A stretch of 64,000 bases of DNA, from the IMG/VR virus record IMGVR_UViG_3300048446_000526, positions 1 through 64,000 of that record, one strand, 5' to 3'. Both the position numbers and the translations under genes were made by a program. Position 1 is the first letter of the stretch, and each line of letters begins with the position of its first letter. The stretch is from a virus. Of the stretch, positions 52,901-60,438 are shown one piece after another. Below the pieces are notes generated by a model. That model saw only the letters and a list, made by a program, of their open reading frames with translations, was not told the origin of the DNA and did no database searches.

Positions 52901-55900
52901 GGTGAAACTATATCTGCATATATTACGGCGGCAGACGGAGGAAGTTACGTTGGCAGTACTATGAATATTAGTTTCAAAGATGAAACTTATTCGTTTCCGA
53001 TACGAATGGTATCAGCAAAATATGCTACAATGATATCTGTTGAAAGCGATTCTGAGCCTCCAGAAGTTGCTGAAGACGAAACCTTAGAATTAGTACAAAA
53101 AGGCAGAGTAGTTCATCCTTATGAAAGTTATACGTCGCTGTCTTGTCAATCTGCGGTAGCAGGCTGTCCAGTTAGTTATCCTCCATCTTATAATGACATT
53201 AGTGATGATGATTGGGGACCGGGAGAAACCCGGACATATGTCCAAAGTACATCTGAAGTTGATATGGGAGATTGGTATTCAATGATCACACTGGTTCCTA
53301 CTGCTGATGTATATAGATGGTACGATACTTATGATGTATGTGAAAGTACTCCAGAATTTTATGGCCCTTATAGCAGAAGATGCAAGCCATATGAATATGG
53401 GTATTGTAACTTTGATAACACTGAATGTCCTCCGTGTGTACCATCTAGAGGTAATGAAACGCAATTTCTAGAAGGAAATGCGAAAAAAAGTTATTATACA
53501 AACAAAAATGTATGGGTTAATAATTTCATTGCATCAGACAATGAACAGTATGATTATGAGTGGAGATATTGTAGGAATATTTTTAAGAATCATGGTTATT
53601 TTAATAGAGATAATTTTTCTTATCATCCAAATGATGTATACCGGACTGATTTAGTTTTAGAGTATGCTGGAGAGTATAATGCTATTCTTGAGGCATATGC
53701 TAGTTGTGTAGGAGAATGCAATGGGGATTGCGGCTGTTACTGTGCCACACCGAAAAACCAAGGAATTGGTTGGTATCCGGGTCGTCCCAACGGAACTAAA
53801 GAAGGATGGGGTTGGTGTGATTTCGAGAGAAACGTATGTCCTTGGGGTACTTACCCGGGACAAACTGGAGAAGTTCCTCCAAATTACTATAAGTGTGCTG
53901 ACTGCGAATGCATTGGAGATACGAGTTGGCTTCCTTCGACAGCAGACCCAATACCAGACGAGTTTTATGCACCGTATGGTGATTCTGGTAGTTGTTTTTG
54001 TAGAGGACAGGGAGGAGGAGGCAATGGGGGTTGTGGACAAAACCCTCCACAGGCGTGTTATCAAAGATATTGTTATCCTGCTACAGTTGCATGTGCTGAA
54101 GGTAAAAACGCTTCGGCGGCAGACAGTGGTTGGTGGCCTAGTTTTGGATACGACCCAGACACAGGAGAAGCCTACACGCATGCCCTATGTTACCCCAAAG
54201 GTTATTGTAATAGTGCTCACGATAGTTGGACCAGAACAGGACCAAAATATGAATGGCGTGACGGTGAGTGTGGATTTCCATACAGAAAAAGAGTAGATCG
54301 CTACAGCAGAGCAGGGAATTTTTCCTATTATAGAGATAGATGTAATTGGGGTCGTGCTACGTGTATGTATAGTTGTGTTGATGATGGTAATGAATTTGCC
54401 CCACCCGGATCAAGTGTTGTAGACCACAAATTTACAACTATAACAGAAACTAAAGAGGTTCTGTACGACACATATATCAGAGAGACAAACTATGGAGGAG
54501 GGGCAGGAGGTATAATTTGTAATTCTGGAGCACTTTTTGATGGATGTCCTAATACATGGTTTACAGTTTCTTATACCAACAACAAAATAAACCTTACTTT
54601 TCAAAGCGGTATTATTGCTTGGATAGAAAGTGATGAAAGACCGGGAGGAATAGACAAATGTACAGGCCCAACAATTTCTGCGGAAAACCACACGATATGT
54701 GAGACTGTAAAATATCAAACGAATGCAAATGTAAGAGCCACTTTTAACAATGAACTAGGACATTTAGATAATTACGTTCAAACCACAGACTGTAATTGTG
54801 GAGAAGATATATCGGTTGACGTACCTGAACAAACTCCTCAGTGGGCTACAAGGACTTTGGAGGGTAAGTGTTATGTTTCTCAATGGATGGAGGAGCATGT
54901 GCATGAAAGTGTTTTTACTGCTGGCTACAACTGGACTGCTGTGTGCCAGAGCAACCAATCTCTAGGAAATTCTTACTTTGGATTCTTGCAAGGTTATAAT
55001 GACGGTGATTGTTACAATAACGCTGCCGGTTCAGACTGTCCTGTTGACAGACCTTGGTATGGAGTAGCACAAGGTAAACTACAAGGGGTTGATTGTGATA
55101 ATACTGATTCTTGTTCGGTTGGTAAAAGAAATTGGGAACAAGAACAAAATAGATATCACGCAAGAAAATTAGAACAATACAACTCTGCAAACGATAGTAT
55201 ACCTGAAGAAAATATTTTAGAGGGTGTGGTTCCCGGTAGTATGTCAGAACTCAAGTTTAAAACTTATAGCATTGAGGGAGGCAAGGCCGTAAGAGCAAAT
55301 CAAGACCAGTTCGGTGCATCTGTTGAAGATATCAATGTTCAGGTTACTGTGGCATACTATGAATATAAATATAGGGTAAGGTGGGATATTAATGATGCCA
55401 TTGCTCAAACAAGAGGAGACACATATTTCGTGCCATCAGAAGGAGCAGGAGCAACAGAAGATGATTTCCAGAGTTGTTTGGCTGGTCGCCCCTTTGGACC
55501 TGCCGATACGTCTAGTCTAGAACCAATAGACGAGTATCTTGATATGAATCAAAGCGAGTCGTTTCAGTTTAGCAAACTGAACTATCGTTGTGATGGAGGT
55601 TCGGGATTTACTTTCGGTAGACCATATCCCAACTGGTATGATTTTCAGGTAGCACCACATGGATGTCTACCTAGATACGGAGAATATTACGGAAGATATG
55701 ATAGTCCTCCAAATAATTTCATATGGACAGTACCCACAATCAGCCAAAAGTCTTGCACAAAACGAAGAACTTGTTATTATAATGATAAGTTATGGCCTTC
55801 TGATGATAGCGATTATTATTCACTCAGTAGTCAACCTACATTTTTACACTGTCATAAATTTTTAAGCAAAAACTGGATATATGATTATATTCGTGGATCA

Positions 55901-55912
55901 CCATTCGGATAA
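46964..55912 (+). CDS. Giant (2982 aa) tail-tip/receptor-binding candidate with Cys-rich C-terminal third
   Basis: Long uninterrupted ORF with AAGGA RBS. No recognised family; dense Cys/Trp/Tyr/Gly segment near 53700-54380. Confidence 0.5.
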   Translation: MSCCNINYSRNYETVVTSAFKSSFASAQKSSVSRENTPSTTGWFPIIARYSPRGNAFYTPQLSMPQITGYTLFDPINCNNADFTDRELSDPNSINMDTSYCEQWSPENNASIQTGRMKKADGTQAPVSRKGGLSDVMTHQSDIYHGIPYLMTQYASGFMDNKFDGTFPLTMNNPVGWNSVVESTPEEGTNKRYSDWHIMPRMGEIDYDPMTSQYLNERDHSMANKKAMIAHKTAGNFILFNIGDVFQENDEDWEDDYLAYADILEPLLVDTSQGEKINERGSWDLKLPEPEEFMQPYGFDAFTYNNVFVGDKKRVSYWKWDINKCSAAWVLKTDEEIKIEVGEESDKMDYITYIPSGDCFIAKIDPIEPQNKSSDPQMNKEGEKRCPSGVKFIDEGTVYTIPHNSYAVYISCNIYPAFYEAFNALKKITKSIENLMPVEPDEEGDSKNTLYRVIEQAMYVATHPLVDKITVDLHKNNIQSAEKLTPHIWGGYLNPQYSYMNAYDKNYASFNNLNLCKTWTDLGRTINNKYGSYFTEEIEIGSESFAPYTSSHIGVDVLYDLYAKGGSFRTKGRQSTDYKDMTPWYPDFQVSLGGLKLKVADERSIIERTYYSFNEDEEGCSLDDWKAFSNLQLNDKTLYSRYLQSGLYEMNSYYVRNVNEQGGSIRGYCDICDEYSTYENYGGEENCVEHDGSLPFCDCDENPDPEKYPELPCVGISDNTVRLERKYEVIVDTNSFPINMAFHLDGGAYYRARNLEETGFIQNANIQAWGSMKVRFASFDTRVAQTRAWAVDVYQLQTDDPKTFSCERFPVLENCEQSKILYDDTYPIQKDTLVYAHTTAYTPAQSTKYSPSLKLYGGYDKGKLEELFPAYDFPDVGKTVRGKTTYRIDPDNPFGCESNDYLVHENYLRSSIKIELNNQNDPYCDLVMTSRETVDITGPRYFITFDEFGNEEQILNKDFKRFSTSVTYQPQEPEPTQGSPSVKSNSVVWPGGGKFLVPQQDQSKDNWFLTFENSFLMELMSSAGALSPEDEDSGISANIFPGIENPQHQFENIYFDDISYTLCNNKELWFDFGDQTSSVRLTFIKRPRPVKAKFALFAPNLVELGENVKFDFNQIKTDDENMATVMPSYFRNQLNSDQMPKYTFNNDISSESELPEAASWIISSEQAKALAPLFKTVSSFDSNRKIRIIFKQDKTYWELKTLPTKYYSHGKSWQGYPHFVKPVFQGIDTNYIPGMVPYVQRTSTPEESRWIVKPNTEYASDKAGLVMGEDETAFDPQWPLNLQLNNYAVNLDKNTVVFPGARMFFAMFPEIDTWDGAADNAPAGSLVKIGNFIYYKIQGGSPSEDERFQDYYLIFNPLDTYTWQKYSDLHIDFANTSYAGYVYNGSFDLPNIPFYFYRYPFGDRSKIKKALATKISIRSTLQDSSGRRIFPATLIDGCVDYCQEGGVSYLKIETEIKFATKLNKDWLEINSKKTPISSYHIYHPECVGAEKDRLLANEKYATKWADLEHFDDIIFDHWIANEVGESYYPQSRYLNTFYKTIVDNGNYINTQKNSVLPQAGPFRFMVHQKYSVDYNAGEPVAARRISGVHNYLPFMDINDKSAVQSANYLITEPTDNFDGLLKPVAEDENGVVRPDLEFVLTVPVECELERVWLPAKNKAMLSESLRMDTPQYWIENIQQEEEDRCDGESLSQIFPRPIKGKNYGSSFGGAVRGITASTIADDDKFPTATWTPEAYAIWTQYCDFDPKGCDPVGTPYRSGIKPCYMNQGGSTSLKAEYKFANPNTIPFANVATSIDGVYITYDAGIINGMNGYRPPMILRSISEPTYNKQSKNNIQYSQDYPDSCNDSVVLPPLYQYPEWDDEVSDTFMAGADKWRKAALENDRAKNVFYADVYAEEMTFRALYGEVEFVNRQSINGTKKLTANEIINYVDPEITVSEMHDQILWDYDSAGDRIQKPKVEGFFTVKSPMEDGESVSVVVNGETISAYITAADGGSYVGSTMNISFKDETYSFPIRMVSAKYATMISVESDSEPPEVAEDETLELVQKGRVVHPYESYTSLSCQSAVAGCPVSYPPSYNDISDDDWGPGETRTYVQSTSEVDMGDWYSMITLVPTADVYRWYDTYDVCESTPEFYGPYSRRCKPYEYGYCNFDNTECPPCVPSRGNETQFLEGNAKKSYYTNKNVWVNNFIASDNEQYDYEWRYCRNIFKNHGYFNRDNFSYHPNDVYRTDLVLEYAGEYNAILEAYASCVGECNGDCGCYCATPKNQGIGWYPGRPNGTKEGWGWCDFERNVCPWGTYPGQTGEVPPNYYKCADCECIGDTSWLPSTADPIPDEFYAPYGDSGSCFCRGQGGGGNGGCGQNPPQACYQRYCYPATVACAEGKNASAADSGWWPSFGYDPDTGEAYTHALCYPKGYCNSAHDSWTRTGPKYEWRDGECGFPYRKRVDRYSRAGNFSYYRDRCNWGRATCMYSCVDDGNEFAPPGSSVVDHKFTTITETKEVLYDTYIRETNYGGGAGGIICNSGALFDGCPNTWFTVSYTNNKINLTFQSGIIAWIESDERPGGIDKCTGPTISAENHTICETVKYQTNANVRATFNNELGHLDNYVQTTDCNCGEDISVDVPEQTPQWATRTLEGKCYVSQWMEEHVHESVFTAGYNWTAVCQSNQSLGNSYFGFLQGYNDGDCYNNAAGSDCPVDRPWYGVAQGKLQGVDCDNTDSCSVGKRNWEQEQNRYHARKLEQYNSANDSIPEENILEGVVPGSMSELKFKTYSIEGGKAVRANQDQFGASVEDINVQVTVAYYEYKYRVRWDINDAIAQTRGDTYFVPSEGAGATEDDFQSCLAGRPFGPADTSSLEPIDEYLDMNQSESFQFSKLNYRCDGGSGFTFGRPYPNWYDFQVAPHGCLPRYGEYYGRYDSPPNNFIWTVPTISQKSCTKRRTCYYNDKLWPSDDSDYYSLSSQPTFLHCHKFLSKNWIYDYIRGSPFG

Positions 55913-55923
55913 AGGAGAAAATA

Positions 55924-56631
55924 ATGCATTGCGTAATGATTCCTATAGGCGGCAAATTTTTTAAAGGAAAACCTGTATATAAATGCACTCAGTGCGGTAT
56001 GACTGTAGGTTTAGAAAATCCTGAGACAAAAATTATCTGCCCCACCAGAGCAAAACTAGATAATATGCATAATCTACACACTAAGAACCATTATAGAGAA
56101 CTAATGCAGAATCAACATCCATCAGAGTTGTCTCATGATGAAGACCTATCAATGAAGCCTAATATGAGCGTTAGGGATAGAATTATATTGATTACTAAAA
56201 GAAAATTAGTTTCTCAAGCCGAACAAAGCAGAAAACTTAATCCCCTGAATCCAAACAATGAAATGGTAATGGAAGACATAGAACGTGAAGCGGAAGCAGC
56301 AGCAGATGCATACCTATCAGGAAAAGCAACCGAGAAAGCAGATAAATTAGACAAGGCAAAACAAAGAGAACAAGAAAAGGCCAAGTGCTCACAAGAAGAA
56401 ATAGATGCAAGACTCGCTATCTGCGACTCTTGTGAGTATTATGAAAATGAATCATGTCTTCAGTGTGGTTGTGCAATATCTAGAGATCGTGTATACGGAA
56501 ATAAATTGGCATATAAGAACAAATCATGTCCTATTGGTAAATGGGGTCCAATCTTTAATCAAATTCCTACGAATGGAGAAACAGGCACTTCTTCTGAAGA
56601 TGGTGATTCAGGTTCAGCGGGATCGGATTGA
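55924..56631 (+). CDS. Cys-rich, probably Zn-binding protein (C-terminal DUF6171-like pattern)
   Basis: AAGGAG RBS; YKCTQCG...CP and RLAICDSC...CLQCGC...KL...CPIGKW. Confidence 0.6.
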   Translation: MHCVMIPIGGKFFKGKPVYKCTQCGMTVGLENPETKIICPTRAKLDNMHNLHTKNHYRELMQNQHPSELSHDEDLSMKPNMSVRDRIILITKRKLVSQAEQSRKLNPLNPNNEMVMEDIEREAEAAADAYLSGKATEKADKLDKAKQREQEKAKCSQEEIDARLAICDSCEYYENESCLQCGCAISRDRVYGNKLAYKNKSCPIGKWGPIFNQIPTNGETGTSSEDGDSGSAGSD

Positions 56632-57566
56632 GATTTACCTCTGTGCTTGACCCAAAAGGTATGTATTCTTTTAGAAGCATAGTTATTTGCTCTAAAAGTA
56701 ACACTGCCATGAAATACTCTAGGTTTTTCACCTTCTTCTTGGAAAAGAACTGTATACTTAACAGCCTTTGCACTCGTATGTTTTCTGTACCAATGTACAT
56801 AAACCCCGTATCTTCCCGCCACAAAGTTTTCTAGGTATATATTTTCTACAGCGTCATTGGTGTTTGGATATACATTCATATCAATGTCAAGATGTGCAAA
56901 CTCTGTTTTTTGATTTTGAAAGCAACACATATCCTTAAACCACTGGCCTTCTTTAGGTAGCAGTTTTTGCTTAACAAGATGAAGGTCTAGGTCGTCTGTT
57001 GTGTTCCAAAATAGAGAAACTGTAATTTTACCTCTTTTTGCACCTAGTCCAGCCAGTTTCTTTAACATACCGCCAACCTGACCGTCACCTCCTGTCCCAC
57101 CTTCCATTATGGTTCCTGTCAGAGGATTACCCATTTCATTGGATTTGCTGTTTGACCCCAACTTCTCAGATAATCCACCCATCAAGTCAGCAGGATTTAC
57201 CTCTGAGAGGCTCATATCGCCTTTCTGAGGCTCTGGATTAAAAATAGGGTCTTCGATAGGGCTAATATCCGCAGGTTTAAAATCTGGCTCTAGTATGGTC
57301 TCAGCCAGTTTTGCTGCTTCTTGTGCTGTTTCTATTTCAGCAAACCAATCTACCATTTCTTGGTTTACATAAGGTTCCTCATCCATAATGATAGAATCTT
57401 CATCGTCCTTGGCAGAACTCATAATAATTTGGATAGGGTTTAGTTCTTCAGGCACAGGAACATAGATGACCATCATCATAACCATGATGCCTATATGAAC
57501 TACCACACTCGCCATCCATCCGGGCGAGTCTCGTTTAGATAGATTGTCTATATCTTTAATATCCAT
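56559..57566 (-). CDS. Membrane-anchored protein with YfaP/DUF2135-like C-terminal domain
   Basis: N-terminal hydrophobic helix WMASVVVHIGIMVMMMVIYV; acidic Pro-rich linker; ITVSLFWNTTDDLDLHL...LDIDMN...AVENIY...GRYGVYVHWY; GGAGA RBS. Confidence 0.65.
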   Translation of the reverse strand: MDIKDIDNLSKRDSPGWMASVVVHIGIMVMMMVIYVPVPEELNPIQIIMSSAKDDEDSIIMDEEPYVNQEMVDWFAEIETAQEAAKLAETILEPDFKPADISPIEDPIFNPEPQKGDMSLSEVNPADLMGGLSEKLGSNSKSNEMGNPLTGTIMEGGTGGDGQVGGMLKKLAGLGAKRGKITVSLFWNTTDDLDLHLVKQKLLPKEGQWFKDMCCFQNQKTEFAHLDIDMNVYPNTNDAVENIYLENFVAGRYGVYVHWYRKHTSAKAVKYTVLFQEEGEKPRVFHGSVTFRANNYASKRIHTFWVKHRGKSQSDPAEPESPSSEEVPVSPFVGI

Positions 57567-57581
57567 AATATTTCTCCAAAA

Positions 57582-57597
57582 GTATAACCAATTATAC
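57582..57597. promoter_or_regulatory. Inverted repeat GTATAA-N4-TTATAC over the -10/+1 region, possible operator
   Basis: Seen directly; only 6-bp arms in AT-rich DNA. Confidence 0.3.
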
Positions 57598-57618
57598 CAG
57601 ACAAAACTAATTTGTCAA
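57591..57618 (-). promoter_or_regulatory. Consensus sigma70-type promoter (TTGACA-N16-TATAAT with TGn extension)
   Basis: Minus strand reads TTGACA aattagttttgtcTGg TATAAT (57618-57613; 57596-57591), about 25 nt upstream of ATG 57566. Confidence 0.75.
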
Positions 57619-58140
57619 GAGTATATTTCTGTATGATTCATAATTTTCTTTTGTGGCTTCTGTTAGATTATGCGGAGCACATCGCCAGTAGTCACCATTG
57701 CCTTGCGGCTCAAACCATTCGTTATAATCCTCACGCTTGGCTTCAGGTGGTATAACTACAAAACCTAGTACATCAACCTGTCGCCATTCTTCACAAGGAA
57801 TAAAACAACCAAATAATATTTTGCCTCTGTCTGTAGGACGGATCGCAGGCCCAACGCCTTTTTTGCGAGACCTGCGAACCTCTATGTCTAGTCCAACATC
57901 AGCATCAAATTTTTTCTCTTGGTGCTGGTCGGAGTGCCACAGTGTAGGCACGTAGTATATGTTTAGTAATTTTGCAACTGCCATTTCGCACAGAATAGCC
58001 GCTGGCTGTGCTACTCTATCGCTTTCCATCAGTTTACGATCATAATAAGACTTGTCACTCTTGCCTTCATTAGCAAGTTGACGCATCAAACCGTACTGAT
58101 TTGCAATCGCTATTTCTACCAAATTCATATCTACCAACAT
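57607..58140 (-). CDS. PD-(D/E)xK-like nuclease-fold protein
   Basis: CEMAVAKLL...ADVGLDIEVR pattern (E...D...ExR variant). Confidence 0.45.
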   Translation of the reverse strand: MLVDMNLVEIAIANQYGLMRQLANEGKSDKSYYDRKLMESDRVAQPAAILCEMAVAKLLNIYYVPTLWHSDQHQEKKFDADVGLDIEVRRSRKKGVGPAIRPTDRGKILFGCFIPCEEWRQVDVLGFVVIPPEAKREDYNEWFEPQGNGDYWRCAPHNLTEATKENYESYRNILLTN

Positions 58141-58142
58141 AA

Positions 58143-58478
58143 TTACTTACCTTTCTTCTTACCTTCCCACTTATACCATCCGTTATTTTCGAGCCAATTA
58201 CCTTGCTCGTCTTTACGCTTAGGAAAGAGAGTGTCGCCTTTCTTGTGTTGTCCAAATGATAGAACAGCACCGCAATCCATGCAACGACATTCGTAATATT
58301 CATTGCCGTCCACATTTCTAACGACAAACTTAATATTATGTGAACCACAGATACCACACTGTACTTCACTAAATACTTCTTGCACAATAGAAAGATTCTT
58401 AAAAAGTTCTTTCTGTCCTGCACCTTCAATATGAAACTCTAATTTTTCGCTTGGTCTAAAAATTGCTTTATTGCTCAT
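58143..58478 (-). CDS. Zn-finger protein
   Basis: CGIC...CMDC; aromatic/basic C-terminus. Confidence 0.6.
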   Translation of the reverse strand: MSNKAIFRPSEKLEFHIEGAGQKELFKNLSIVQEVFSEVQCGICGSHNIKFVVRNVDGNEYYECRCMDCGAVLSFGQHKKGDTLFPKRKDEQGNWLENNGWYKWEGKKKGK

Positions 58479-58481
58479 AAT

Positions 58482-59192
58482 TTATTTCCATGATTCTTCG
58501 TAGCCTAGTAAATTTGCAGAAATATTGGAAGTGTCAGTTTGCAGGTCTGTAAGTTCCCTAACAAGTTTAACAGCATCCTCATGCTTAATATTATAAACAC
58601 CTTCTGCTACAATGTCAAGTGCTTTAATAACATTATGTACATTAATATCGCATCTTTTTGCAATTATATCTATAAAATTAATCTGATTGGGAGTAATCTT
58701 AGACACACTGTCGAAATCCGGGTTATCTTCAGCATCTTCTACCAGTTCTTCAGCGGCTACTACTTTCCGTAGTTTTAATGCTCTACGTAAGGCACGACCT
58801 TCTGCCCTAGTTTCTGCTACAGCCACAGGGTGGTTACGGAACACCTTATCGCAGTTTCCCCAGTATACATCAGCAGAACCGCTAATAGAACGTGTTCTAA
58901 GAACATCCTCCATGTCTTTATCATTCATTATATAAGACAGTGTATGCACAACAGTAGCACGTTTCTCATTATCAGGAGTTGGCTGTTGTAGAACCTCAGA
59001 CATAGCCTGTATGACTGTACAATTCAGTGCAATCTCAAATACTCTACGCAGACCATCTGTTGTAGGATTTCCCTCAATCAGTTCGTCTTTGTTTAACAAT
59101 CCCAGCACATGGTCAGTCCACCCTAATTCATTAGGTGTTACACTTATGCTTACTTCTTCAACTTTTTCTTCAACTTTTTTAGTCCTTGGCAT
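58482..59192 (-). CDS. Putative Rad52/Sak-like single-strand annealing protein
   Basis: GLRR...ATVVHT...SGSAD...AVAETRAEGRALRRAL...AEEL, plus C-terminal ITPNQINFI motif typical of phage annealing proteins. Confidence 0.5.
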   Translation of the reverse strand: MPRTKKVEEKVEEVSISVTPNELGWTDHVLGLLNKDELIEGNPTTDGLRRVFEIALNCTVIQAMSEVLQQPTPDNEKRATVVHTLSYIMNDKDMEDVLRTRSISGSADVYWGNCDKVFRNHPVAVAETRAEGRALRRALKLRKVVAAEELVEDAEDNPDFDSVSKITPNQINFIDIIAKRCDINVHNVIKALDIVAEGVYNIKHEDAVKLVRELTDLQTDTSNISANLLGYEESWK

Positions 59193-59195
59193 AAA

Positions 59196-59984
59196 TTAAT
59201 CCTCTATAGTAGTAATCTTAGTTTTAGTATTCTTAATATTTTTTAACACATCCAAGAGATTTGTCAATACCCTTTTTGCTCTTGCTTCTGAGTATTCATG
59301 TTTTTGTGCAACACGAACCATCTTGTATCCTTTTCCCACGATAAGCCCTGACTTTTTCTTATCATACCTTTGTGTCCTTTCTAAGGCTTCCTCTCCCCAT
59401 ACAGGAAAGAAATGAGATGGGCCATCGACTTCTATCGCTACACTTATAGTAGGCAGGAACAGGTCAAGATGCAAGTTTGTTGTCCCTAAAATTTGCTGCT
59501 TATGCGGCTCCACTTTGTAACCACCCTTAATTAAACCATTTAAAAGATAGTGTTCCAGTTTAGAGCCTGTTTTGCTGGTGGCACGAACTGCTGATCTTGC
59601 TTTTGCAAGCCTTTGCTCTTTGACTTCTTCTGGAATATTTTCCCATAGTGCTTTGGCTGTGTCTTTGCGTTTCTTTAATTCTGCTGGAGATAAATTCTCC
59701 CATGTGGTCATTAGCGTTTCACCAATCTTCTGTTTTGACTCTTCACTGTGGTGTTTGCCTTCTGTTGGATGACTAGCAGAACCAGTTTTAAGTGCATTAG
59801 ATTGTGCAGAACTTTTATCTCTTAACGTAATTCCGTATTTTTTAGCATCACGCCTGATTTTATTTGCGTAAGTACCTAAAACCTTAGCCGTATCTGCTAG
59901 GCTCTTTTTTTCTTGACAATATATTTTTTTAATAGCAGCCTTTTTATCATTATCTGCTAAATCACTGTATTTCTTCGATGACAT
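59196..59984 (-). CDS. HTH + NUMOD3 + Vsr/DUF559-like (EDxHD-type) endonuclease, homing-endonuclease architecture
   Basis: GKHHSEESKQKIG (NUMOD3); SKLE...LDLFLP...AIEVDGPSHF...YDKKK...GYKMVRV; N-terminal HTH-like SLADTAKVLGT. Confidence 0.75.
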   Translation of the reverse strand: MSSKKYSDLADNDKKAAIKKIYCQEKKSLADTAKVLGTYANKIRRDAKKYGITLRDKSSAQSNALKTGSASHPTEGKHHSEESKQKIGETLMTTWENLSPAELKKRKDTAKALWENIPEEVKEQRLAKARSAVRATSKTGSKLEHYLLNGLIKGGYKVEPHKQQILGTTNLHLDLFLPTISVAIEVDGPSHFFPVWGEEALERTQRYDKKKSGLIVGKGYKMVRVAQKHEYSEARAKRVLTNLLDVLKNIKNTKTKITTIED

Positions 59985-60438
59985 TATTAAATTCCTCCGC
60001 TGATAGTTGTGGCAATAGTTTTACAGGTTTTTTCCAGCAAATATCCAGTAAATCATACACTTCTTGACTATGTGCAATAAACTCTAGATTACTAGAGCCA
60101 TACTGGTTTTGCCACTGCGTATACAAATTTTGAGTGGTACTTTCTCTACCCCAAGGTATTTCTGCAATATACATGACTTGTTTTGCTGGTGTTTTAAATG
60201 TCTGAGTAAGAAGCCTAGACTTATGGTCAAACAAATATAAGTTACCCTTGAAAAACTTAGCCTGACTCACATGCAGCATGTAGTACCGATTACCTTGTAT
60301 AATTGCATTAGGAGTATTACTAAATACAACTATATTATCCTTGGGTCTTAAAAGACAAAGATCGTTAATCATTGCCAGTAGACCAAGACAGTTTTGATTT
60401 TCTTGATCAATATCTAATAGGTAAAATCCTATGTTCAT
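59962..60438 (-). CDS. Hypothetical protein, possibly a glycosyltransferase N-terminal-like domain
   Basis: MNIGFYL start, FIAHSQEV...WKKP; coupled within the glyco cluster. Confidence 0.35.
   Translation of the reverse strand: MNIGFYLLDIDQENQNCLGLLAMINDLCLLRPKDNIVVFSNTPNAIIQGNRYYMLHVSQAKFFKGNLYLFDHKSRLLTQTFKTPAKQVMYIAEIPWGRESTTQNLYTQWQNQYGSSNLEFIAHSQEVYDLLDICWKKPVKLLPQLSAEEFNNVIEEIQ

Noticed and set aside
53657-54296. Overlapping alternative-frame ORFs (191 aa +, 174 aa -)
   Set aside because: No RBS or protein-like features; explained by locally higher GC and biased codons of the Cys/Gly-rich main frame.
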